Positions 54,887 through 63,037 of a stretch of 63,932 nucleotides of DNA are shown piece after piece. Position 1 is the first letter of the stretch, and every line of letters begins with the position of its first letter. The translations under genes were made by a program, and so were the position numbers. The notes below the pieces were generated by a model. The model did no database searches and was not told the DNA's origin. It saw nothing but the letters and a program-made list of their open reading frames with translations. Source of the stretch: Candidatus Levyibacteriota bacterium (GTDB lineage Bacteria; Patescibacteriota; Microgenomatia; Levybacterales; UBA12049); the NCBI GenBank assembly GCA_052034235.1, contig JBPOIT010000010.1, positions 1 to 63,932 of the forward strand, in the 5' to 3' direction.

Positions 54887-55693
54887 TTATTTTGTCTGTT
54901 GAAGTGGTAGTTGGAATCTGTTGAGGAGTTTTCTGTAGATGCTGACTTGGCTGGCCAGTGTTTGTTCAAGGACTTTCTTTGCAAGGACTTCCATAGGATC
55001 GACTCTGTTAAAATCACATTTTTGCTTCGTAAGAGCAAGAGGAATTTCTGTACAACCCAAAATAATGACTTGGGCACCTTGACTCATCAGTTTCTTTGCG
55101 GCTTTATGTAAAAGTTCATAGCTTTCCTCGTCTACTGAAAATTTCTTAATATCATAACAAGCCTTCATAACTTCAGCTTGAGATTCTTGATCAGGAACAA
55201 GCACTGAAATTTTAGGAGCGACTTTAAAGAAAACCTGTTGATAGATATTTGTTTTGACAGTACCTGTTGTCGCGAGTAATCCAACTTTTACGTCATCACC
55301 ATACTTTGCTGCAATGTATTTTGCTGATTCCTCAACCATACTGATTACTGGAAGTTTTACCTCATGTGCTAGTTCTTCAACGAATGCATGTGCAGTGTTA
55401 CATGGAATAACGAGAAAAGTAGCACCAGCCTTTTTTAACACTAATCCACTGCGTATCATTTCTGGAAGAGGGTATTCTCCTCCATAGAGAAGATACCGTG
55501 ATCTGTCAGGAATTTGGGGATTATTGTACACAAGAAAAGGAATGTGCTCTTGATCTCGCTTCACGTGGCCACGAAGTTTGACCAAAAGAGAAGTAAAATA
55601 CGTGGTCGCTTCCGGGCCTGTCCCGCCGATAACTCCAACCAATTGATTGAAACTGCTTGCTGAATTGAAAGCGTTTTTACCAAAGTAAGCCAT
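54887..55693 (-). CDS. Aspartate/glutamate racemase family protein (aspartate-racemase-like)
   Basis: VGVIGGTGPEATTYF is present, as are both catalytic Cys contexts (VIPCNTAHAF and ILGCTEIPL). The start was moved to ATG 55693 (MAYFGK...), because the long ORF-track N-terminus runs through the divergent HAD promoter. Confidence 0.8.
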   Translation of the reverse strand: MAYFGKNAFNSASSFNQLVGVIGGTGPEATTYFTSLLVKLRGHVKRDQEHIPFLVYNNPQIPDRSRYLLYGGEYPLPEMIRSGLVLKKAGATFLVIPCNTAHAFVEELAHEVKLPVISMVEESAKYIAAKYGDDVKVGLLATTGTVKTNIYQQVFFKVAPKISVLVPDQESQAEVMKACYDIKKFSVDEESYELLHKAAKKLMSQGAQVIILGCTEIPLALTKQKCDFNRVDPMEVLAKKVLEQTLASQVSIYRKLLNRFQLPLQQTK

Positions 55694-55703
55694 GGATTTC
55701 GTG

Positions 55704-55720
55704 TTCTCAAATTTTGAGAA
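55704..55720. promoter_or_regulatory. Perfect 17-bp palindrome TTCTCAAA-T-TTTGAGAA (operator-like)
   Basis: It lies 11 nt upstream of the racemase ATG (55693), in the 93-bp divergent region shared with the HAD hydrolase gene. Confidence 0.45.
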
Positions 55721-55771
55721 AGAAGTGTAAAGGATACCACACTTCATTTTTGTCTGCAATAAGTGAAAAGG

Positions 55772-55780
55772 TGCTATAAT
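55772..55780 (+). promoter_or_regulatory. Candidate extended -10 (TGcTATAAT) 6 nt upstream of ATG 55787
   Basis: The sequence reads TGCTATAAT TTCTTT ATG. Confidence 0.5.
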
Positions 55781-55786
55781 TTCTTT

Positions 55787-56653
55787 ATGATTAAGGCTAT
55801 TGTGACTGATGTTGATGGGGTGATTGTTGGGAAGCAGGTTGGGAATTTTCCTCTTCCTAATGATAGGGTTATTCGGGCACTTAAACAAATACACGCGCGA
55901 GGTATTCCAATTGTGCTTTGTACTGCTAAGTTTAGTTTTGCAGTGCGGGAAATTATAAAAAGGGCTGAACTACATGGTCCGCATATAACCGATGGGGGTG
56001 CGCTTATTATAAATCCGTTACACAATGAGATTATAAAATCATACTTTTTAGACCAACAATTGGCAACGCAGCTTGTAGAAGCGTGTTTAGAAAAAAATAT
56101 TTATCTGGAATGTGTAGGAATTGATGACTATTTGCTGCAAAAAAATCAAATGAATAACTTCACAGAGAAACGAATAGCAATTCTCCAAAAAGAACATATT
56201 GCAGTCACGTCACTTCTTGAGCAACTGAAAACATTCAGAGTTCTCAAAATTCTCGCATTTGCCAAAGACAAAAAAGAAAAACTTGTCACTGAAGAAGTAT
56301 TGCAGCCTTTTCTTAAGAATATCAATTTCTTATGGAGCACACATCCTGCCATCTTTCCAGTTGAAGGAGCTGTCATTACCGTAAAGGGCGTGTCAAAAAA
56401 CGAAGCAACGCTCGAAGTACTTAAGCATCTTGGGATTTCTCCTGAAGATACGTTAGGAATAGGAGATACCCTTGGTGATTGGAATTTCATGCAATCATGT
56501 GGATACGTTGGGGTGACTGGTGGTGAAAGTAATAAATTGATTGCACATGCTCGCTCAAAAGGACCTGGGAAATATTTTTTGGCGAATGACGCAGATCATG
56601 ATGGATTATTAAAAATCGCCTCTCTTACAGGATTATTACCACTTATTGATTAA
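55787..56653 (+). CDS. HAD-superfamily (Cof-like, type IIB) phosphatase
   Basis: Motif I is at the N-terminus (MIKAIVTDVDGVIV), followed by motif II (LCTAK), a large cap insertion and motif IV (GIGDTLGDWNFM). ATG 55787 is preferred over ORF-track GTG 55763. Confidence 0.75.
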   Translation: MIKAIVTDVDGVIVGKQVGNFPLPNDRVIRALKQIHARGIPIVLCTAKFSFAVREIIKRAELHGPHITDGGALIINPLHNEIIKSYFLDQQLATQLVEACLEKNIYLECVGIDDYLLQKNQMNNFTEKRIAILQKEHIAVTSLLEQLKTFRVLKILAFAKDKKEKLVTEEVLQPFLKNINFLWSTHPAIFPVEGAVITVKGVSKNEATLEVLKHLGISPEDTLGIGDTLGDWNFMQSCGYVGVTGGESNKLIAHARSKGPGKYFLANDADHDGLLKIASLTGLLPLID

Positions 56654-56684
56654 GTTCAGCTTTCAATGGAGTATTCTTGCAGTT

Positions 56685-56996
56685 ATGGATACAACTGCCT
56701 CAGCTGGGAATACACAACGCGATGCGAAGCCTATTCGCATGAAAGGTGTTGCGAGTGCTCAAAAAAAACCACCGAAGCTTATTGAAAAGGTAATAGATAA
56801 AGTAGAAAAAATGCTAACACAACCTGCGGATCAGGCTCAGCCTACGCACACAAAACCACAAACGCAAAACAGTAATGAAGTAAACGAAGTCTCCCTTCCT
56901 AAAGGCACAACAATCACACTTCCTGATGGAAAAGCATTTGTAACGCAAACAATAAGTTTTATTAGAAGAGGAAAGGAGGTGACGAATGAAAGATGA
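56685..56996 (+). CDS. Hypothetical small polar protein
   Basis: An open frame of 103 aa from ATG 56685 (ORF-track TTG 56646). The sequence is low complexity and Q/K/T/P-rich, with no family recognised. Its stop overlaps the next start (ATGA). Confidence 0.3.
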   Translation: MDTTASAGNTQRDAKPIRMKGVASAQKKPPKLIEKVIDKVEKMLTQPADQAQPTHTKPQTQNSNEVNEVSLPKGTTITLPDGKAFVTQTISFIRRGKEVTNER

Positions 56997-57439
56997 AAAC
57001 GGTAATTGGAATCTTTCAAGATCGTCCGGATGTTGAATCGGCAATTGATAAATTTAAACGAGAAGGTTTTAGACCAGAAGAGTTTTTGCTCCTTATGAGG
57101 GATGCTCGTCAGGCGGATGAAATTCTTGTCAAAATGGGTATTAATCTCATCGAAAACTTAGACATACTAGCAAAAGATCTCTCACGTGAAGCACGAGACT
57201 ATTTTCTCAAACAAGTCAAAGATGGATCATTGCTTCTTGCTCTGCAAACTCGAGAAAATCAGCTTGATTTAGTTATGACAATTTTTGATGACTGCAATGC
57301 GCTGGACATAAAAACACTTTCGCAGTCAGCGTCAGAAGATACGCATAAAGCAGGATCACTTTTTAGTGACTATGCTCATATGGGTATGAAAGGCGGAGTG
57401 TCTGAAGAGAGTGGTAAAAAACATAACATAAAACAATAA
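56993..57439 (+). CDS. YflT/general-stress-protein-17M-like domain protein
   Basis: MKTVIGIFQDRPDVESAIDKFKREGFRPEEFLLLMRD resembles the YflT-type N-terminal domain. A GGAGGTGA SD lies 13 nt upstream. Confidence 0.4.
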   Translation: MKTVIGIFQDRPDVESAIDKFKREGFRPEEFLLLMRDARQADEILVKMGINLIENLDILAKDLSREARDYFLKQVKDGSLLLALQTRENQLDLVMTIFDDCNALDIKTLSQSASEDTHKAGSLFSDYAHMGMKGGVSEESGKKHNIKQ

Positions 57440-57452
57440 AACATTCTGCCAC

Positions 57453-57489
57453 GGCAAAACAGTTATAAAGTAGCTGTTTTGTCGTTTTT
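57453..57489 (+). terminator. Intrinsic terminator
   Basis: GGCAAAACAG (57453-57462) pairs with CTGTTTTGTC (57474-57483) as 10 bp including one G-U, across an 11-nt loop, followed by GTTTTTG. Confidence 0.6.
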
Positions 57490-57526
57490 GCCTTTGATTA
57501 ATAACTTGTCTCAGGCACTACCTTAG

Positions 57527-57535
57527 TGGTACAAT
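57527..57535 (+). promoter_or_regulatory. Candidate extended -10 (TGgTACAAT) 6 nt upstream of the pdxS ATG
   Basis: The sequence reads TGGTACAAT ACGCCA ATG (ATG 57542). Confidence 0.5.
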
Positions 57536-57541
57536 ACGCCA

Positions 57542-58447
57542 ATGGCAGCACAACAAAAAAACACTCCTCAAAAAGCAACTTTTAAAACCAAAAGTGGCCT
57601 CGCACAAATGCTTAAAGGCGGTGTCATTATGGACGTCGTAACCGTTGAACACGCCAAAATTGCAGAAGAAGCGGGCGCAGTCGCGGTTATGGCACTTGAG
57701 CGTGTCCCAGCAGATATCCGGGCACATGGTGGCGTTGCAAGAATGAGTGATCCCGAGCTCATTAGAAAAATAATGGACACTGTGACAATTCCTGTTATGG
57801 CAAAGGTACGCATCGGGCATTTTGTTGAGGCGCAGATTCTTGAGTCTCTCGGTGTTGATTATATTGATGAAAGTGAAGTATTGACCCCGGCAGATGAGGA
57901 ATTCCATATTGATAAACACGCATTCAATGTCCCATTTGTGTGCGGCTGCAGAAATTTGGGGGAAGCGCTAAGACGCATAAACGAAGGCGCAGCGATGATT
58001 CGAACAAAAGGGGAAGCTGGAACTGGCAATGTCGTTGAAGCAGTTCGCCATGAAAGAGCGGTACTTCGTGAAATTGCATCACTCAAGGGAATTACAGAAA
58101 GACAATTGAAGGAAAAAGCGCTTGAAATGCGTGTCCCTGTTGAACTCGTTAAACATGTACAAAAGCTTGAAAGATTGCCGGTTGTTAACTTCGCAGCAGG
58201 AGGTATCGCGACCCCTGCAGATGCAGCACTTCTCATGCAGCTTGGTGTCGATGGAGTTTTTGTTGGATCTGGCATTTTTAAGTCGAATGATCCCGTAAAA
58301 AGAGCTCGGGCAATCGTTGAAGCAACGACGCATTATAATAATCCAGATATCCTTGCCAAAGTAAGTGAAGGATTGGGAGAGCCAATGCATGGTATTGAAA
58401 TGAGTACAATTCCCCAGGAAGAGCGATTGGCTAGGAGAGGTTTATAA
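57542..58447 (+). CDS. pdxS: Pyridoxal 5'-phosphate synthase lyase subunit PdxS
   Basis: [46 protein letters not shown], and [10 protein letters not shown] are highly diagnostic. Confidence 0.95.
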   Translation: MAAQQKNTPQKATFKTKSGLAQMLKGGVIMDVVTVEHAKIAEEAGAVAVMALERVPADIRAHGGVARMSDPELIRKIMDTVTIPVMAKVRIGHFVEAQILESLGVDYIDESEVLTPADEEFHIDKHAFNVPFVCGCRNLGEALRRINEGAAMIRTKGEAGTGNVVEAVRHERAVLREIASLKGITERQLKEKALEMRVPVELVKHVQKLERLPVVNFAAGGIATPADAALLMQLGVDGVFVGSGIFKSNDPVKRARAIVEATTHYNNPDILAKVSEGLGEPMHGIEMSTIPQEERLARRGL

Positions 58448-59013
58448 TGGTTGGAATTCTTGCTTTGCAAGGAGATTTCCATGAACACGAGGCACTCCTG
58501 CATACAATTCAAGTTCAAACACTGCAAGTAAGACTACCTGAAGATCTCGAAAAAATCGATAGATTAATCATGCCAGGTGGAGAAAGTACCACCATAGGCA
58601 AACTCCTTGTTTTATACAAATTATTAGAACCAATAAAAAAACGGGCAAAAAAAGGGATGCCAATTTGGGGAACATGTGCCGGTGCAATTCTTCTCGCAAA
58701 AGACATAGCTGAAGGTCGAAAAGGACAACCAGCTCTGTCACTTATGGATATAACAGCGCATCGAAATGCTTTTGGCAGGCAAATCGATAGTTTTGAAACA
58801 GATATTTTACTTCCTGCAGTTGGTCACAAACCGTTTCATGCAGTTTTTATTCGCGCCCCTTTATTGTCAGATCCAGGAGAGGGTGTTGAAATTTTAGGGC
58901 AACTGCAAAATAATCAAATTGTCGCTGTTCAGCAGGGAAAACTCCTAGCGACAAGTTTTCATCCTGAGTTATCGGACGATACCCGCCTTCACGAATACTT
59001 CCTAAAACTCTAA
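58447..59013 (+). CDS. pdxT: Pyridoxal 5'-phosphate synthase glutaminase subunit PdxT
   Basis: GILALQGDF.EH, PGGESTT and GTCAG.ILLA (catalytic Cys), then FHPEL. The start overlaps the pdxS stop (TAATG). Confidence 0.95.
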   Translation: MVGILALQGDFHEHEALLHTIQVQTLQVRLPEDLEKIDRLIMPGGESTTIGKLLVLYKLLEPIKKRAKKGMPIWGTCAGAILLAKDIAEGRKGQPALSLMDITAHRNAFGRQIDSFETDILLPAVGHKPFHAVFIRAPLLSDPGEGVEILGQLQNNQIVAVQQGKLLATSFHPELSDDTRLHEYFLKL

Positions 59014-59024
59014 CTTCCAACTAC

Positions 59025-59043
59025 TTTTCAGCTAATTTTCAGC
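59025..59043 (+). promoter_or_regulatory. Direct repeat TTTTCAGC-taa-TTTTCAGC (11-bp phasing) overlapping the -35 region of the response-regulator promoter
   Basis: Exact 8-mers at 59025-59032 and 59036-59043, lying 8 nt upstream of the TATAAT at 59052-59057. Confidence 0.5.
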
Positions 59044-59048
59044 ACGAA

Positions 59049-59057
59049 TGTTATAAT
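59049..59057 (+). promoter_or_regulatory. Candidate extended -10 (TGtTATAAT) of the two-component operon
   Basis: TG at 59049-59050 and TATAAT at 59052-59057. ATG 59070 is 12 nt downstream with no SD. Confidence 0.45.
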
Positions 59058-59069
59058 CTATTCTTACTT

Positions 59070-59744
59070 ATGAGAATACTTGTCGTTGAAGACGAACATA
59101 AAATTGCTAACTCTATAAAACAGGGTTTATCCCAAGAAGCTTATGCAGTTGATGTCATGTATGACGGAATAAAGGGATATGACTTTGCGGCGAGTGAGGA
59201 TTATGATCTTATTATTCTAGACAGAATGCTACCTGGTATGGACGGACTTGAAGTATGTCGGAAACTCAGGGCAAACGGTATCCATACGCCTGTACTAATG
59301 TTAACAGCAAGGGGACAGCTTACTGAGAAAATTGAAGGACTGGATACTGGTGCTGATGATTATATGACTAAACCTTTTGCTTTTACAGAATTACTTGCAC
59401 GGGTTCGAGCACTTGCAAGACGACCAAAAGTTACAACAGGTGCTATCTTAGAAATCGCAGATTTGACATTAAATCCTGCGACATTTGAAGTGAAGCGAGA
59501 TAAAAAAATAATCGCTCTTTCAAATAAAGAATATTCACTGCTTCATTATTTCATGCGCCATCCACATAAGATTTTTACAAAAGAACAAATCATCAGTCAT
59601 GTTTGGAATTACGATGCAGATGTTTTGCCAAACTCAGTTGAAGTGTATGTGAAACACCTTCGAGATAAAATTGATAAGCCGTTTCAAGATATGCCAAACT
59701 TAATACATACAGTGAGAGGGTTTGGGTATAAAATAGGAGAATAA
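59070..59744 (+). CDS. OmpR/PhoB-family response regulator
   Basis: The receiver domain (MRILVVEDE..., DLIILDRMLPGMDG, LMLTAR) is followed by a winged-helix output domain (L..KEY.LL.YFM.....F.......VW........N.V.V.V..LR.K.D......I.TVRG.GY). Confidence 0.9.
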   Translation: MRILVVEDEHKIANSIKQGLSQEAYAVDVMYDGIKGYDFAASEDYDLIILDRMLPGMDGLEVCRKLRANGIHTPVLMLTARGQLTEKIEGLDTGADDYMTKPFAFTELLARVRALARRPKVTTGAILEIADLTLNPATFEVKRDKKIIALSNKEYSLLHYFMRHPHKIFTKEQIISHVWNYDADVLPNSVEVYVKHLRDKIDKPFQDMPNLIHTVRGFGYKIGE

Positions 59745-60755
59745 GTGTTTGAATCTACGCGCATCAGACTTACTGCCTGGTACTTGCTGATCATCATGTT
59801 GGTCAGTATTCTCTTTAGTGCGTTTATTTATAACGGAGTAAACGTTGAACTAGAACGTTTCGAACATATCGCTGAGGTGATTGAGCAGCGGGAACAACTT
59901 GGACTTCCTCCCCCCAGAGAATTTGCGAGGATGCGTATTGATCCTGAACTCATCGAATCTGCGAGGGCAAGACTTATTACAACCCTTGGTTTTCTTAATC
60001 TTGGTATTCTCATTGTTTCAGGAGGAGCTGGTTATTTCCTTGCAGGACGAACGCTTCGCCCAATACAACGAATGGTTGGACAATTAAACCAATTCATTTC
60101 TGATGCTTCACATGAAATGCGTACACCCCTTACATCGCTTCGCTCCGAAATGGAAGTTGGACTGTTAAATAAACAGCTAACACTCCCTCAAGCAAAAAAA
60201 CTGATTGAGAGTAATTTGGAGGAAGTTATAAGACTTCAGTCACTGTCAGATACACTTTTAGAACTCGCTCACTATGAAAAAGGAAATGGAACAACAAGTT
60301 TTGGAGAAGTCTCACTCACAGAGATTGTTGGAGAAGCCATAAAAAATGTTCATGGACAAGCTAAGAAGAAAGAAATAACAATTACGAAAAAAATAAAACC
60401 AATTAAGACTTTTGGAAGTAGCGACAGATTGCGTGAATTGTTTACTATTCTTCTGGATAATGCAGTTAAATATTCTCCAAAGAATAGTCAGGTAAAAATT
60501 GAAAGTTCACAAAAAGGTAAAACTGCAGTTATTACAATCGCTGATGAAGGCATTGGGATTGCACCTGAAGAATTGCCATATATTTTTGACAGGTTTTATA
60601 GAGTTGATACATCACGTTCAAAACACATTGAAGGATTTGGCTTGGGTTTATCAATTGCAAGAAAAATCGTATTCGTGCACAAAGGTGCAATTTCCGTTAC
60701 AAGTAAAATGAATAAAGGAACGACATTTACCATTAAATTACCACTCCATAAATAA
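59745..60755 (+). CDS. Membrane sensor histidine kinase (two TM helices, short external loop)
   Basis: A GTG start follows AGGAG. Two TM helices are followed by HisKA ([16 protein letters not shown]) and HATPase motifs ([26 protein letters not shown]). The gene abuts the RR gene. Confidence 0.85.
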   Translation: MFESTRIRLTAWYLLIIMLVSILFSAFIYNGVNVELERFEHIAEVIEQREQLGLPPPREFARMRIDPELIESARARLITTLGFLNLGILIVSGGAGYFLAGRTLRPIQRMVGQLNQFISDASHEMRTPLTSLRSEMEVGLLNKQLTLPQAKKLIESNLEEVIRLQSLSDTLLELAHYEKGNGTTSFGEVSLTEIVGEAIKNVHGQAKKKEITITKKIKPIKTFGSSDRLRELFTILLDNAVKYSPKNSQVKIESSQKGKTAVITIADEGIGIAPEELPYIFDRFYRVDTSRSKHIEGFGLGLSIARKIVFVHKGAISVTSKMNKGTTFTIKLPLHK

Positions 60756-60774
60756 CCCTTCTTTATTAAGCATT

Positions 60775-60793
60775 TTTTCAGTTTGGTTTCGTA
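60775..60793 (+). promoter_or_regulatory. Weaker copy of the RR-promoter repeat (TTTTCAGT-ttg-GTTTCGTA)
   Basis: The 8+3+8 geometry is the same as at 59025-59043. The first half-site matches 7/8 and the second 4/8 (TTTC core retained). It lies upstream of the secreted-protein gene at 60826. Confidence 0.3.
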
Positions 60794-60825
60794 TCATTAG
60801 ATCATTAAAGAAAGGGGGTGATTCT

Positions 60826-61305
60826 ATGAAAAAGAAATTATTACTTTCAGCGGCAGTAGTTACCTTGGCAGGACTTAGCTACTTCGGAACAGGTTATACT
60901 TTTGCGCAAAGTACAGACTCGCAAAGTACGACATTGGTTCAAAAAATTGCCACCAAATTTGGCCTGAATCAGACAGACGTGCAAGCTGTTTTTGATGAAC
61001 ATCGGGATGAGCATCATCAGCAAATGCAAACTCGCTTTGAAGAAAAGCTCACTCAGCTTGTTAAAGATGGCAAACTAACTGAAGAGCAAAAAACGAAAAT
61101 CATTGCAAAATTCAGTGAGGTGAAACAGCAAAATGATACAACTCGCGAAGAAATGCGAGATAAGACTCCTGAAGAGCGAAAAGCAGCTCATGATAAAAGG
61201 CAAGAAGAATTGAAAACTTGGGCGGAAGCAAACGGTATAGACGCAAACGTTCTAACCGATGCATTCGGTCCAGGACGAGGAATGGGTAAACACATGATGA
61301 GATAA
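60826..61305 (+). CDS. Secreted helical E/K/Q-rich protein (Spy/CpxP-like role is conjecture)
   Basis: A signal peptide (MKKKLLLSAAVVTLAGLSYFGTGYTFAQS) and a strong SD (GGGGGTGA) are present. The mature part is charged and helical (LTEEQKTKIIAKFSEVKQQ). No family was recognised with confidence. Confidence 0.4.
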   Translation: MKKKLLLSAAVVTLAGLSYFGTGYTFAQSTDSQSTTLVQKIATKFGLNQTDVQAVFDEHRDEHHQQMQTRFEEKLTQLVKDGKLTEEQKTKIIAKFSEVKQQNDTTREEMRDKTPEERKAAHDKRQEELKTWAEANGIDANVLTDAFGPGRGMGKHMMR

Positions 61306-61324
61306 AAACTGTCTCATAGCAAAT

Positions 61325-61357
61325 ACCGGCAATCGCCTCGGCGACTGTTCGGTTATT
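61325..61357 (+). terminator. Possible weak terminator
   Basis: An imperfect hairpin CCGGCAATCGCC-TC-GGCGACTGTTCGG is followed by TTATTT. The bulges make it uncertain. Confidence 0.3.
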
Positions 61358-61403
61358 TGCATTCTGAAGCAATTTCATGTACAAATAAAAGAGTACCCCA
61401 AAA

Positions 61404-62366
61404 ATGAATAAAGATGCTGCCATAGTATTTACTGCAACGTTTATAGGTGTTATTTCTGCTGTGTTTACATTTAACACGCTTATTGAAAATCGTATTCTCC
61501 CCTCTAAAGCATCTATGATGGCTCAAATAGAGGTAGAGCCTAAGTTAGCTCATGCCCAAGTTGAAGAAACCGTTGAAACAGTACCGACGCAAGTGCCAGT
61601 TACTGTTGCGACATCAAATCTTCAGGGGATTATTGCTACCTCTTTGGAAGGTGCTAAAGGAAAATATAGCGTTGCCATTAAAAATCTCAAGACTGGAGAG
61701 ACTTACTTTAAGGACGAGAACGAATCTTTTGAATCGGCAAGTTTGTACAAACTTTGGGTTATGGGAACAGCATTTAAACAAATAAAAGATAATACGATTA
61801 AAGAAGATGATGTCTTAAGTGCAGATGTCGTTTCTCTGAACAGACAATTTGGCATAGCATCTGAATCAGCAGAACAAACAGAAGGTGGTATAACGTTAAG
61901 CGTAAAAAGTGCACTACATCAAATGATTACCATTTCTCATAACTATGCTGCATTATTGTTGACTTCAAAAGTAAAATTGGCAAGTATAAAAACATTTCTT
62001 CAAGAGAGCGGCTTAAGTGCATCCAAAACAGGCTCTCCACCAAAAACTACTGCTGCAGATACTTTGGCATTTTTTGAGAAACTTTATAAAGGAGAATTAG
62101 CAAATGAAGAAAATACAAGTAAGATGCTTGATCTCTTAAAGAAACAACAGCTAAATAAAAAACTCCCGAAATATTTACCTTCAGGAACAGTGATGGCACA
62201 TAAAACAGGAGAGCTTGGGCAGGTCTCGCACGACGGAGGTATCGTTTATACAGATAAAGGTGATTACATAATTGTCGTTCTCTCAGAAAGTACTGCACCA
62301 AAAGGAGCAGAGGAGCGAATTGCCACACTTTCAAAAGATGTCTATGCTTACTTCACCAGTAAATAA
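61404..62366 (+). CDS. Membrane-anchored class-A-beta-lactamase-like serine hydrolase
   Basis: An N-terminal TM helix is followed by an SxxK motif (SASLYK), an SxN motif (ISHNYA) and a KTG motif (AHKTGE). Confidence 0.65.
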   Translation: MNKDAAIVFTATFIGVISAVFTFNTLIENRILPSKASMMAQIEVEPKLAHAQVEETVETVPTQVPVTVATSNLQGIIATSLEGAKGKYSVAIKNLKTGETYFKDENESFESASLYKLWVMGTAFKQIKDNTIKEDDVLSADVVSLNRQFGIASESAEQTEGGITLSVKSALHQMITISHNYAALLLTSKVKLASIKTFLQESGLSASKTGSPPKTTAADTLAFFEKLYKGELANEENTSKMLDLLKKQQLNKKLPKYLPSGTVMAHKTGELGQVSHDGGIVYTDKGDYIIVVLSESTAPKGAEERIATLSKDVYAYFTSK

Positions 62367-62456
62367 CAGACCTCACCATACTAAATTCCACCCATAAATT
62401 CGGGGTATTAATTGAACAGTTGTTTTTGCAAAGTATATTGATTATGCTCTAGTTAG

Positions 62457-62990
62457 ATGAAAAAAATTGTCGGGGTAGTTCTTGTTCTTCTCGTTGCAGC
62501 AGCAGGTTACTTCTTTTATAACCAATATCAAACTGCAGAAAAAGTAAAATTGGTGACATCTTTTGATGAATGTGTGGCGGCTGGATTTCCTGTTCGTGAA
62601 AGTTATCCTGCACAATGTTTCACATCTGATGGCAGATTATTCAAACAAGACATTGGGAATGCACAGGAATTGACAGAGAGTATTCAGGTTAGTGATCCCC
62701 AGCCAGGTAAAAAAATTACTAGCCCACTCACCGTAACAGGTCAAGCAAAGGGTCCGTGGTTCTTTGAGGCAACTTTCCCTGTTGAGCTCTTTGACGCAAA
62801 TAATAAATCACTTGGTAAAAATGTTGCTACCGCACAAGGGGAATGGATGACTGAATCTTTTGTACCATTTACCTCAACTTTTGCATTTGAGAAACCTTCA
62901 ACGGTAAAAGGCAAACTCATTATCAAAAATGCAAATCCATCAGGACTTACTGAAAATGAAAAAGAACTGGTTATACCTGTTGTGTTCTAG
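62457..62990 (+). CDS. Gmad2-type immunoglobulin-like domain protein, membrane anchored
   Basis: An N-terminal TM helix is followed by a C-terminal region (ITSPLTVTGQAKGPWFFEATFPVELFDANNKSLG...AQGEWMTESFVPFTSTFAF) that matches the Gmad2 pattern from memory. Confidence 0.55.
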   Translation: MKKIVGVVLVLLVAAAGYFFYNQYQTAEKVKLVTSFDECVAAGFPVRESYPAQCFTSDGRLFKQDIGNAQELTESIQVSDPQPGKKITSPLTVTGQAKGPWFFEATFPVELFDANNKSLGKNVATAQGEWMTESFVPFTSTFAFEKPSTVKGKLIIKNANPSGLTENEKELVIPVVF

Positions 62991-63023
62991 TCTGTCCTCG
63001 TTGCATTAAAGAAAGGTTTCTAT

Positions 63024-63029
63024 TACAAT
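63024..63029 (+). promoter_or_regulatory. Candidate -10 (TACAAT) 8 nt upstream of ATG 63038
   Basis: The sequence reads TACAAT AACCCCAC ATG. Confidence 0.35.
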
Positions 63030-63037
63030 AACCCCAC

